A stretch of DNA of 64,000 bases from NCBI GenBank assembly GCA_963719315.1, contig CAVRBU010000002.1, positions 96,001 to 160,000 of the forward strand, written 5' to 3'. Shown here in pieces: positions 9,962 through 20,624 of this stretch. Numbering within the stretch: the stretch's first letter is position 1; the number at the start of each line of letters is the position of its first letter. Origin of the DNA: an uncultured Planctomycetota bacterium. GTDB lineage: Bacteria > Planctomycetota > Planctomycetia > Pirellulales > Lacipirellulaceae. A model generated the notes under the pieces. It was not told where the DNA came from, made no database searches, and saw only the letters and a program-made list of their open reading frames with translations. The position numbers and the translations under genes are program-made.

Positions 9962-10161
9962 GACTGAATCGCGCCGGTTTTCCTAACTCGCAACTCGTGC
10001 CTCGATCGCGCGGCGCAGGCTTCCTTTTGCAACTGGCTAGCAAGGGCAGAATTCGAACGCTAATGGCCTTAAGGCTTGCGTCGTTGCACGTCGAATTCGA
10101 CAAGTGGCATCTGTCGATTCGCCTTCGTAGTCGAGTTTCGAAGTAGCGCGACTAAGCTCAG

Positions 10162-11596
10162 CTACCGCACCAACCGTCCGCGCGGGATGCCCATCGCCTG
10201 GCGGACGCCGGCGGCGTACCGCTGCGGATTGGCCGAGAATTGTTGCAACGTGGCTTCGCTGGCGAACATATAGAACAAGCCGTCGAAGTCGAGGCTGTGT
10301 TCTCGTTTTCCGGGCACTTGTTGATGGTGGTCGATTGCGAGTACCGGGTCCATGCCCGAGAGGGCGGGTGTGTAGCGATCGGGGTCGGTCCAGAATTGCT
10401 TCTGCTCTTCGGGGCCGGCGAACCAGTAGGTGCGGCCGCGATGGACAATGCCCCATTGCGGATTGCCGGCGACCCACTTCCACGAATTTCGCATCGTAAC
10501 CGGGCAGTATCCGTCAAACCCGAGCGGTGGCGAGCCCGGCGGCAGCTTGGTTGGATCGGGCGTTCCGCCCGGAAGCGCTGGCCCCAACGCGGTCGATGCC
10601 GCGGCCCCCATCGGCGGAGCAATTGCGGCGTTCGGCACGCCCAGCGGCGGCGCGGAAAAAGTCGCTCCATAGCCTGTCGCGGACGGCATCGGCGCTGTGA
10701 GCGGTGTCGGAGGCGCCTGCTGAGTTGGCGGTGCCGACGTGGTGGCCGAGTAGTATGGATTCGGTACTTGAGCGGCAGGCGAAGCAGTGGGCGATTGTCC
10801 GACCGGAGTGATTGGAGGCTGCGCTACTGCAACCATGGGATTCATGGCCGGCTGCGGCGCGGGAGGTAGACCAGGCTGACTTGCCATCGGATATCCGACA
10901 GAGGCCGAGTTGTACATCGGCGATGTGGGGGCGGCGCCGGGAATCGCAGGCAAACCCGGGTTCGAAGGGAATTGGCCAATCGTACTAGTCGATGCGTTGC
11001 CCGCACCGAAGGGCGAGGCTCCCGTGCCCATTGCCGCGAATGAATTGTTCGACCCGGCGGTCGCCGGCGCGATCGCCAGCGGCGTATTGGGCGCGATTTG
11101 GAGCCCGGCATATGCGGCGTTGATTTGCGGCTGTGCTGGCGCGTTCGCCGCGGCGGTGGCATACGCCCGACCGCTCTTGCTCGCGTATTTCGAAGCCAAC
11201 GAGGTTAATTCGGAAACGTAGGCAATCGACGTCGGTGGACTGACCAGCTTGCCCACGAGCTGGCCGTCCGGCGTAATAATCACGTCGGTCGGCACGCGGT
11301 TGACGCCATACCACTGGGCGGTGGCCGAGTTCTCATCGGCGTTCAGTTTCACCGGCACGTACTGCGCTTCGAGAGCACTGGACACACCCGGCTGGTTGAA
11401 CACGTTCTGCTCGAGCCAAGCAGGGCCCGCAACTAGGTGTCCAGAAATGGACGAGGACCAGCCGGTTGCTCTCCTTCGCCATGGCTTTGGCGGACTCGAG
11501 ATCGTGGTGCCAATGGACGGACTCCTGCTGGGCCCAAGCGGGCAGCGCCAGCACGGCAATAAGAACCACAATAAGCGGCGACCATCGGTATCTCAT
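10162..11596 (-). CDS. Exported thioredoxin-family protein with Pro/Ala-rich linker and C-terminal YHS-like domain (frameshift near 11419)
   Basis: Signal peptide and WTPSCGPC in one frame continue as LEQNVF..VKLNAD in the next; C-terminal DGYCPV...YWF...F..DP.RY. Confidence 0.8.
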
Positions 11597-11871
11597 GGAG
11601 TCGGCCCTCGACATCAAAAGTACTTACGGGCGCAAGGAGCTTTTTTGCGCCCAATGGCGCACCCTCGCCACCGTTATCGACCCGGCCTGCGTTCGACTTT
11701 GCTAATTTTAACGATTTTGGGGATTCTGCGGATTCGTGAATCGCGGCAACGCCAGCAGCCAGTTCATGAAAAAGTGCCGTAGATCGTGTCCGATTCAAAG
11801 GATTGGAGCCTAGAAATCGGGGTTCTCGCCAATTTCTTCCACTTTTTGCTCGCCAGCGGTGCATCTAAAGC

Positions 11872-11900
11872 TTGACAATCACCGAAGAAGGTGGAAGAAT
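11872..11900 (+). promoter_or_regulatory. Putative sigma-70 promoter upstream of rho leader
   Basis: TTGACA-N17-AAGAAT. Confidence 0.55.
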
Positions 11901-12452
11901 ACGCTGGAGTTGATTGTCTTGCCGGCTTTTCGGCAGGTTCTACCGGCCAAATGCTTTGGCTTGCGGCAGCGACGAATTTAAAACGCTGTCCGGTAAGCTA
12001 AAGGCCGCCTCAGCGCCCTCAGGATTGCTCTTGGGCAATGAGGTATCCGTCGGAGCCTTGGCCTTGGGTCTTCGGATTCTGTTCGTTCGATCCCGACCAA
12101 TAATCCACGGCAGATAGACGCTATACGTCTGCTAACAGACTGACCGCTGGATGACCTGGTTGTCCGCACGCGCGGCGCCCGGCATCGCGGCCATGCGAAA
12201 GCAGAGCCAATTTCGCTCGCGCCTCGGCGTGCGCGCACCAAGCATGGATACACGTCGCGGGCACCGCCCGAAGGTGGTCGCGACCAACCCTATCGACCAA
12301 GGCGAGTCTTTCGCAGGTCTCTCGTTTCAGTAATTGAACTTCAATTGCGGCACATGGCCGTCTTCGATCTCTCACATTCTGAGTTCTGTTTCACGCTCCC
12401 CGTGGGGAGTTTCTCATTGTTGCATTGGGTAAGGTAAAAGGTTTTGAGTCAC

Positions 12453-13810
12453 ATGGCTAAGAAGCAGCGTCGGGGCGGCGGGGGTGGAGGCGGCGGGGGC
12501 GGCGGACGCTACCGAGACAATCGCCAGAGCGGATACAACCGCGGCGGGGGTGGAGGCGGCGGACGACGCGGCGGTCCAGGCGGCGGGGGCGGCGGCAACC
12601 GCAGCGGCGGGCGACGCCGGTCGTACGGCCCCAATAGCGACCGCCAAGATCGTCAGGACTTCGAGCCAAGCGAGAATGGCGATGCGCTGCCGCTCGTAGC
12701 CGGTTCGGGCGTGCTCGAAATGCACCCCAACGGTTATGGCTTTCTACGCAACCCGGGCGCCGATTTCACGCGCGAGCGGTCCGACCCATTTGTGCCGGGC
12801 ACGATGATCGAGAAGTTCGGCCTCCGCGAAGGGCTGCTCCTCACCGGCATGGTCCAGCGGCATCGCCGCGGCCAGGGTCCGCGCCTGAAAGAGCTCCTGG
12901 ACGTCGATGGCATGGTTCCCGACGACTACACCAAGGTGAAGTCGTTCGACGAGCTCACGCCGATTAACCCGGAGGAATGGTTCCAATTGGAAACGGGCCA
13001 AACGCCCATTACGACCCGCGTCATGGATTTGTTGACGCCGCTGGGCAAGGGCCAGCGGGCGCTGATTGTCGCTCCGCCGCGCACCGGCAAGACGATCATG
13101 ATCCAGCAAATCAGTAACGCGATCACGACCAACTATCCCGACGTTTCAATGGTCGTACTGCTGGTCGATGAGCGGCCGGAAGAAGTCACCGACATGCAAC
13201 GGATCATCAAGGGCGAGGTCTTCGCCAGTAGCCTCGACCGCGACGTGGAGAGCCACGTGCGGCTCGCACAGCTAACGGTCGAGCGATGCAAGCGGCTCGC
13301 CGAAATGGGCAAAGACGTGTTCATGCTCTTGGATTCGATCACGCGCTGGCGCGGGCGTTCAACAAGTGGGTCGGCAATACCGGCCGCACAATGACGGGTG
13401 GCGTCGATATCAAGGCCATGGACATTCCGAAAAAGCTGTTCGCCACGGCTCGAGCGTTCGAAGAAGGCGGTTCGCTGACGGTGGTTGGCACCGCGCTGAT
13501 CGACACCGGCAGTCGGATGGACGACTTGATCTTTCAGGAGTTCAAGGGGACCGGCAATATGGAGCTGGTGCTCGATCGCAAACTGGCCGACCGGCGCGTA
13601 TGGCCGGCAATTGATCTCGAACAATCCGGCACTCGGCGCGAGGAAAAACTGCTGCCGCCGGCAACGTTGCATGCTGCGACGATGCTCCGCCGCACGCTGT
13701 CGACGATGCATCACGTCGATGCCATGGAGCAACTGACGACGAAGCTCAACAAGTTCAAATCGAACGAAGAATTCGTAAAACTGATTCAGGGCGCGCCGGC
13801 GATCGACTAA
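12453..13810 (+). CDS. rho: Transcription termination factor Rho (frameshift near 13346)
   Basis: [60 protein letters not shown] motifs. Confidence 0.96.
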
Positions 13811-14847
13811 TTCGGCGTGAACATAGTTACGCCGCACCCGCGATACTCGCCGAGCGACGCGAGTTCGCGCGGTGCATCAGCGAGCGGCAATGTTCGGTCG
13901 ATTATTAATGTCGGGTCGAGCTTACCCGATTGGATAAGGTCGAACAACTTCGGGTATGCGTGGGCTTGAATGCCATGACTACCCACTATCTCAAGTTCCC
14001 ATGCGATCAGCCGACGAAGAGCGGCCGCCGGAATGTCTTGCTCCGCGAGCAAGCCAACCTGAACATGCCGGCCGCGCTTACGCAGCGACAGCACGGAATT
14101 GGCAAACGTCGCCGGGCTGCCTAACGCATCGAGCGAGACGTCCGCGCCGCCGCCAGTGAGGTCGCGGATCGCTGCTGAAGCGTCGGATACTTCAGACGCA
14201 TTGAGCGTGATTTCAGCGCCGAGGCGCTTTGCCAACACGAGCGGCTCCTCGCGAATGTCGACGGCGATCACACTCGCCCCGAGCGCGGCGGCAATCATGA
14301 CTGCCGAGGCGCCAACGCCGCCGCAACCATGAATCGCGACCCATTCTCCGGGCTTAACAGCCCCCTGTACACTCACAGCGCGAAACGCGGTACCCAGTCG
14401 GCAGCCCAGTGCGGCGGCTGCCGCGCTGGACAAGTCCGCGGGTAACGGCACGAGGTTATCATTGGCATACCGGACTGCGACGAGCTCAGCAAATGTGCCC
14501 CAGCCCGTGAAGCCGGGCTGAAATTGAGAGTCGCAAATGTGCTGATTGCCTCGCCGGCACTCGGCGCACTTGCCGCAACCTGCGACAAAGGGCATGGTCA
14601 CTCGCTGGCCGACAAGTGCCCGTTTCACATCGCGGCCGACTTCAATCACCGTGCCGGCGAATTCGTGGCCGGGTGTGTGTGGAAAGCTCTTGATTTCGGG
14701 GTCGTGGCCACGCCAACCGTGCCAGTCGCTACGGCAGAGGCCGGTCGCTTCGACTTTGACGACCGCCCCATCCGGCGTTGGCGTTGGATCGTTCACCGTT
14801 TCGATCGCGATGGGCCCGTCGAATTTGTGGTAGACAACTGCTTTCAT
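13807..14847 (-). CDS. Zinc-dependent alcohol dehydrogenase family protein
   Basis: GLCRSD, GHEFAG, CGKCAECRRG...C, GCGGVG motifs. Confidence 0.93.
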   Translation of the reverse strand: MKAVVYHKFDGPIAIETVNDPTPTPDGAVVKVEATGLCRSDWHGWRGHDPEIKSFPHTPGHEFAGTVIEVGRDVKRALVGQRVTMPFVAGCGKCAECRRGNQHICDSQFQPGFTGWGTFAELVAVRYANDNLVPLPADLSSAAAAALGCRLGTAFRAVSVQGAVKPGEWVAIHGCGGVGASAVMIAAALGASVIAVDIREEPLVLAKRLGAEITLNASEVSDASAAIRDLTGGGADVSLDALGSPATFANSVLSLRKRGRHVQVGLLAEQDIPAAALRRLIAWELEIVGSHGIQAHAYPKLFDLIQSGKLDPTLIIDRTLPLADAPRELASLGEYRGCGVTMFTPN

Positions 14848-15099
14848 AGGGTTTGGTCGCTATCGATATGCCGGTCCGCACTTCAACGCCGGCTGCTTGC
14901 ATCCGCCGTTTAGCTTCTATGTCTTGTAACGAGGTTGTAACACGAGGGTTGTCTCACGCGGTGTATCGTCGAAAGAATTACGTAGCAACGCAGCCAATTA
15001 GCACCATCTCGCAATGAATTGAAACTTTCTCATCGCAAGGCACGTCCAAACTGCAGTCGATCAATTTCCCCGTCCCGGTTCAATGCAAAGGAGTCTCGT

Positions 15100-16323
15100 A
15101 TGTTACAACGCTTCACATTGGGCGCCGCGATGCTGGTTGGATTGGCAGCCAGCACGCTTAGTTTCGCGGAAGACACGCGAGTTGTCATCCGTGTCGAGAA
15201 ACCGCAAGCGAGTGCCGTTGTTTCCAGCCAGCCGCCGTTTCACGGAAAGCGGCCCGCGGTGGATGTGGCCATTCTGCTGGATACTTCGAATTCCATGGAC
15301 GGCCTGATCGACCAGGCCAAGAACCAACTGTGGACCATCGTGCAACAGTTTGCCAAGGCGAAAAAACAAGGCCAGACGCCGGTGCTTCGCGTGGCGTTGT
15401 TCGAATATGGCAACACAAACCTCCCGGCGTCGGAGGGGTATATCCGCCAGGTCATGCCGCTTACCGACGATCTCGACAAACTCTCGGAATCGCTGTACGC
15501 GCTGAAAACCTCCGGCGGCGACGAATACTGCGGGCAGGTGATCAACGAAGCCTTCAAGCGGCTGGATTGGTCGAAGGAGCCGAATGGCTACAAAGCGATC
15601 TTCATCGCCGGCAATGAGCCGTTTACGCAAGGGCCGGTCGACTACCGCAAATCCTGCAAACGAGCGATCGAGCACGGCATCGTCGTCAACACGATTCACT
15701 GCGGCACCAGCCAAGAAGGCATTCAAGGCGAATGGCAACATGGCGCACAGCTGGCCGAGGGAGAGTTTTTCAACATCGACCAGGACCGGACCGAAGTGCA
15801 CATCGATTGCCCGCAAGATAAAGTTATCATTCAACTCAACGCGGAGTTGAATAAGACGTATCTTTGGTACGGCGCAGCGGCAGTCCGGAGCAGATACGAG
15901 GCGAACCAAGTGGCGCAAGACAAGAACGCCGAACGCTCCAGCCCCAACGCCGCGGCCACCCGCGCGTCGGCAAAATCGGGCGCCGCTTATTACAATCGCA
16001 ATCGAGACCTCGTGGATACTTTGGCTGAGGATAAAGAGATTCTCAAAAAGGTGAAGGACGAGGAATTGCCGGAGGGCATCAAACAATTGAAGCCCGCGGA
16101 GCGCGAGGCGTACGTCCGGAACATGGCGAGCCGGCGGAGCGAGGTTCAAAAGCAGATCAATGACTTGGCCGCGGAACGCGAAAAATACCTGGCGAAAGAA
16201 CGCAAACGAGTAGCCGGTGAGGCCGAGAGCTCAACGTTCGGCGATGCCACCGTCGCGGCGATTCGAAAGCAACTGGAGAAAGCCGGCTTTGAGAACGAAG
16301 ACAACTCCGCACGAGCGAACTAG
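15100..16323 (+). CDS. Secreted von Willebrand factor A domain protein
   Basis: Signal peptide; MIDAS motif LDTSNSM; GGDEYCG; IFIAGNE; coiled-coil C-terminus; AAGGAG RBS. Confidence 0.88.
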   Translation: MLQRFTLGAAMLVGLAASTLSFAEDTRVVIRVEKPQASAVVSSQPPFHGKRPAVDVAILLDTSNSMDGLIDQAKNQLWTIVQQFAKAKKQGQTPVLRVALFEYGNTNLPASEGYIRQVMPLTDDLDKLSESLYALKTSGGDEYCGQVINEAFKRLDWSKEPNGYKAIFIAGNEPFTQGPVDYRKSCKRAIEHGIVVNTIHCGTSQEGIQGEWQHGAQLAEGEFFNIDQDRTEVHIDCPQDKVIIQLNAELNKTYLWYGAAAVRSRYEANQVAQDKNAERSSPNAAATRASAKSGAAYYNRNRDLVDTLAEDKEILKKVKDEELPEGIKQLKPAEREAYVRNMASRRSEVQKQINDLAAEREKYLAKERKRVAGEAESSTFGDATVAAIRKQLEKAGFENEDNSARAN

Positions 16324-16354
16324 GTTGGCGGTTCCCAGAGACGGCGTTTATACT

Positions 16355-16397
16355 AACACCCGGTCCGCTTCCGTGAGGGGGCAACCGGGTGTTTTTT
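16355..16397 (+). terminator. Intrinsic terminator
   Basis: AACACCCGGT...ACCGGGTGTT stem followed by a T run, downstream of the vWA gene. Confidence 0.75.
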
Positions 16398-16695
16398 ATG
16401 CCGCGTAGTTGGCCACGATACTTGGAATTTTCCCGAAGTCGATTCCTGCAAGGAGCGGCGGCCACCAGTGGACTATCGCTCACAACGGGGCTCTATACTT
16501 GATACTTGGCACGTCGAGCCACATTGGTTGAAAATCGTCGAGCGCGACTTGCCGGTCGCTGGCCTGCCACCAAGTTTACAGGGAACTCGAATAACGCAGC
16601 TCAGCGATTTGCACATCGGTCCCCGTATCGACGATGCGTATCTTCTGGATGCGTTTGCACGGGTCCGGGCGCAGGCGCCCGAGATCGTTGTCTTT
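16398..16695 (+). pseudogene. Metallophosphoesterase (YkuE-like) 5' fragment, frameshifted and truncated
   Basis: SRSRFL Tat-like leader; VEPHWL...RITQLSDLHIGP...PEIVVF then similarity ends before the expected TGD; ATACTTG duplication at 16495-16508. Confidence 0.8.
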
Positions 16696-16805
16696 AGGCG
16701 GAAGATTGCGGCGGCGAACGGGTGTAAGAAACGGTGGGACAGGCGGATGGTAACTGGCGGGTATCACGGTGGTGATAACTTACACTGATCGGTCAGGCGT
16801 TCATT

Positions 16806-17030
16806 GTGTGAGCGTCACGATCGTGGTTAGTTTGGGTAAGCTTTCCAGAAGTCCTCCCAGGCGCCGGGCTGGCTGAGGTAGAGTGCTCGGAGATGGCAGA
16901 CGGCGTCGGAACCCGCTTCGCTCCAGCGCATGCCGCTCCCTTTGAGTCGATTGCCGACCACCGTCTTGCAGGCACTCTCCACCGGACCGCTGCCGATCTG
17001 CCAGCCGTTGGCCACATACCGCGGGTATCC
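16806..17030 (-). mobile_element. ISKra4-family right end with transposase C-terminal fragment
   Basis: YPRYVANGWQIGSGPVESACKTVVGNRLKGSGMRWS; terminal GTGTGAGCGTCACGAT matches the end at 19635. Confidence 0.85.
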
Positions 17031-17276
17031 AGTTCACTTGACCAGCAAAATGCCGACGGCGACTGCGGTATCAACAAGTGTGCATTGTTCGGTGCGTTCA
17101 ACCAGGCTGTTATTCTTGCCGACCGCGGCGGGATTCGCTTGCAGCGGTCCGACGACATCAAGTTTGTCGAGGACCAAATTGCCTTGAAGGCCGTCAGCCG
17201 TTACGACATGAACGTGCACGATCCCGGCGACAGCAGCAATGCGGGTGCCTACGTGGCATTGTCAACGCACAGCTAG
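17023..17276 (+). pseudogene. Phage major capsid protein (HK97-fold) C-terminal fragment
   Basis: GYPVHLTSKMP...ALFGAFNQAVILADRGGI..SDD..F..DQIA....RYDMNVHD.G..AG..VAL; internal frameshift near 17075. Confidence 0.7.
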
Positions 17277-17321
17277 AAACTTTTGTTCCGATCTTCGCTC
17301 GTTGTGAGGTTCGGATGTACG

Positions 17322-17371
17322 AACAACGGCCGGCTCCGCTTTTCACGGCGGCGGCCGGCCGTTGTTTTTTT
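17322..17371 (+). terminator. Intrinsic terminator after the capsid fragment
   Basis: AACAACGGCCGG...CCGGCCGTTGTT stem followed by a T run. Confidence 0.8.
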
Positions 17372-17973
17372 ATTACGGATAGAACATGCAACGCGGCACA
17401 GTAGTTTCACTGAACCTTGAACGTAAATTCTTTTTTATCCGTGGCGAAACGGCAGTACGCCGGATGTCTTTGCACACCATAGCGACCTGGACGAAAGCGT
17501 TTCGTTTGATGCAACGCTAGAGCAACGCCGCGTGCAATTCGAGCAATGCGATACGCCGCGTGGATTGAAGGCCCGGAAGATTCAAGCGGCGGAGGACTGA
17601 GGCAAAATCGGACGTGTCTGTTAGTCGGCTCAACCCGTCGGATGCGTTCCTGGGGCATCCTGTGGCTGCCGATTTGGCAAAAGGTGCGTGCGACCCCGGA
17701 ATGAGGCCAATCGCAATCGAAAGCCGCTAGACGGCGACGGCCGCGGGGCCGGTGTTCATTGACAACTTGAATAGCCCGTCGGAAGTCGCGAGCCGGCGGG
17801 CAATGCGTGTGCGCACGGCTACCGACTAGCCCACACGATCAAGCCGAGAGCTACAGCAACCAGCGTCGTGGCGATTAGCAGAGTGCGGAGTGAAAGCGCC
17901 AGAATTGTAGGGACACCTCTGCAAGGCAACACTGCTCGACCAGCTAGGCGTCGCACAGGGTGCGGTTATTTCG

Positions 17974-19547
17974 TTAGGTTCGATGCCGGCGCCGGAGCGA
18001 TAAACAAACGATGCCAAGCGCGGAAATCGACAACGCCGTCGGCTCAGGAACGACTGTTCCATTCACTACGTAGCGGTACTGGCTACCAGACGGCGACGAA
18101 GGAATCGGGGTACCGCGACGCGATCCGGCACTCGTGGCGATTCCTGCCGGAGGTGCATCCAAGGTATTTCCAAACCAGATGTACGAGTTCGCAACTGAAG
18201 CCGAGTTAGCGGCCACAATCCAGTATGTCTTAGGACCTATCCCAAAATTCCACATCGCCTTAAGGCGATGAGGGCGAATTGTAGATGAACGAACCCAAGA
18301 TAGTTAGCCGCCTTCTTTTCCCAACGGATCAGGAGCCTGCGGGCGCGGTTGGTCCAAGAATGCGCGGCTTCGACAACCCAGCGTCGAGCTTTGTGGCCGG
18401 CGCGACAGCGACGCTGCTCCTCGCCACGGCAGCGGATGTGAGGCACGTACCCGAAACGATTCGCCGTAGCTGTCGACGGTTCGCCAAAGTATCCCTTGTC
18501 GAGACACAGGTGCTGCTTGCGCCGACGGCTGGGTCGTCGAATCGGGATGGAGCGAAGCGTGTCGCGCAGAAGACGTTGGTCGTGAGCATTGGCGCCGTCA
18601 ATCGCGACGCCCAGAGGAACGCCGCGGGCGTCGGTCAAGACCGATCGCTTGACTCCGAGCTTACCTCGATCGGTGGGGTTTTTCCCGGTTTTTTTCCCCT
18701 CCCAGCGGCGACTTAGTTGTCGCGCCGTCCACCGACTGCCAGCGCCAAGCGATGCCGCGCTTCTGATCGTACTTCCCCAGCGCCCGTTTCCAAAACCGTT
18801 GCCAAATACCCAGGCGAGTCCACTCTTGGAAATAGCGATGAACGGTACTGGGGCTGCCAAATTGTGGCGGCAGCGCCTTCCACTGGCAGCCGGTGCGCAA
18901 CAGATAAAGAATGCCGCTGGCAACGGTGCGCAGATTCGCGCGGGGTCGCCCAACCTTCGTGGATCGCGGATACTTCGGCAGCAAGGGTTCAAGCTGCCGC
19001 CAAAGCTTTTCGGGCATCCAAGCAAATTTGCCCTGCCAATCGCAGTGCATGTACACCTCCGTGCAAGCAAAGACGAGATTCGAACGGAAACCATTCCTCA
19101 CCTTTTCCTACGCACGGAAATAACACCCGTTCACGTATTTTGGGATAGGTCCTAAGTATTCTCGAGCATCAGCGGAGCGGCGGGCGTCAAAGTGAATAGA
19201 CTACCGCTGGTCGTGTACGAGAGGCTTGGAAAATTGAGCAATAGCGAACCGGGATTTCCAAGTCCATTCGTATCGTACAAGGAGATGATTGGAGCGCTAT
19301 TCGTGTTGAAGAATTGCAGGTTAAGCTGAATCGAGTTCAAGATGTAATCGTTCCCGGCGGGAATAGTAAATCCGGCGGCATCAGCGCTATACGGTCCACC
19401 TCCATTGCTACCGCCCGCTGGTGCATTGATAAAAGATGCAACTAACCCATTCCCTGAGAGCGTATTGATTAGGGTCTCTGTGTTGGCGGATTGAGGAACG
19501 AGCAATATCAGGGAACAGGCGACTAATAGAATTGGGTGACGACTCAT
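17974..19547 (-). pseudogene. PEP-CTERM surface protein interrupted by IS5
   Basis: N-half (19547-19153) has a signal peptide; C-half (18232-17974) ends VPEPTALSISALGIVCLSLRRRHRT; removing the IS rejoins ...LENT-K-TYWIVA... Confidence 0.85.
18233..19152 (-). mobile_element. IS5-family element (IS427/IS1031-like), about 920 bp, two-ORF transposase
   Basis: Perfect 16-bp inverted repeats GGACCTATCCCAAAAT; flanks TTA/TAA; RTGCQW..LP, NPTDRGKLGVKR, DKGY, RWVVE motifs; A7 slippery run at 18689-18695 at the ORF junction. Confidence 0.93.
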
Positions 19548-19634
19548 TAGCGTACTCCAAGATTGCAGAATTAGATCCAATCTATGATCGGAAATAGCAC
19601 AGGTCAAGAAATTTGCGCGGCGGCTGTTGAAAAA

Positions 19635-20396
19635 GGGTAGGCGTCTCGATTGTTGGGGGGAAATCTGCTCTGCTGAAGGGTCTGTGACAATTGGGGGGTA
19701 ATTCTCGAACTCGAAGACCGGAGAGCAGAGCGATGGCCAAGCAGATCAAGGCGTTGGAACTGGACCTGACAGCGGAAGAGGAAGCGGCGGCGGAGCGGAT
19801 TTACGAGTCGCTCAAGGGCCAGGCCGAACAGCAGTTGAAGAACATGGCGCGGATGATGGCGGCGAAGAAGCCCGAGGAGTTGTTGGGCCGCGGCGAGTTC
19901 GAGTTGCGGGACATGTTGTTCGATTTGGGAGCGAACGTGCTGGAGACCGCCACCAACGAGTGTGTAAAAAAGGGGCGCTTATCAGGGAGCTAGCTTAGCC
20001 TGCTCCTGCGGCGGCAGCGCGAAGTTCATCGACTGGCGAACGAAAGGATTGGTCAGCCTGCTGGGAGACATCCGTTTGACGCGGACCTATTACTACTGCT
20101 GCCAGTGCGGCGCGAGCCAGCAGCCCTGGGACGAGCGGCTGGGCCTCACCCCGCGGCACGTCACGCCCGGCGCGGAGGAACTGGCGTCGCTGGCCGGCAC
20201 GCTGAGCAGCTTTGGCTTGGCGGCCGAACGAGCCTTGGTCCGCATGAGTGGCATTCGGTTGGCGGAGTCGACCGTGCTGCGCGTCACGGAAGAAGCGGGC
20301 CAACGCTTGGGAGCGAAACTCGCGGCCAAGCAAACGTTTGGCCCCCAGGAAGACTGGCTTTGGCAACGGGATGCCGAGGGTCGGCACTGCGCCTAC
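19635..20396 (+). mobile_element. ISKra4-family left end with transposase 5' half (truncated)
   Basis: End GGGTAGGCGTCTCGAT; ORF 19733-19993 with A-AAA-AAG, then C.CG..AKF...YYYC..C...PWD..LG Zn-finger region; stops at DAEGRHCAY. Confidence 0.82.
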
Positions 20397-20613
20397 GCGA
20401 TGGGCTAAGCGTATCATGCCGGCCGTCCTAAAAGAACTGATGCGGCATAGCTCGATTACCACCACGATGACCTACTACGTTAGCCAATCGGCTGAGGACG
20501 TGGGCGATATGTTGAGAATGGCGTTAGGTAACATTTTGGGTAACAACCCCCCAGAAAAGGCAGAGCCGACAGGCGTTGAACGTGACGGAAAACCCGTTAG
20601 GATAAAGGGTTAA
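20395..20613 (+). pseudogene. Tyrosine integrase C-terminal fragment
   Basis: TRWAKRIMPAVLKELMRHSSITTTMTYY carries the box II His and catalytic Tyr; ends 11 bp before tRNA-Ser. Confidence 0.82.
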
Positions 20614-20624
20614 GACACTACTTC

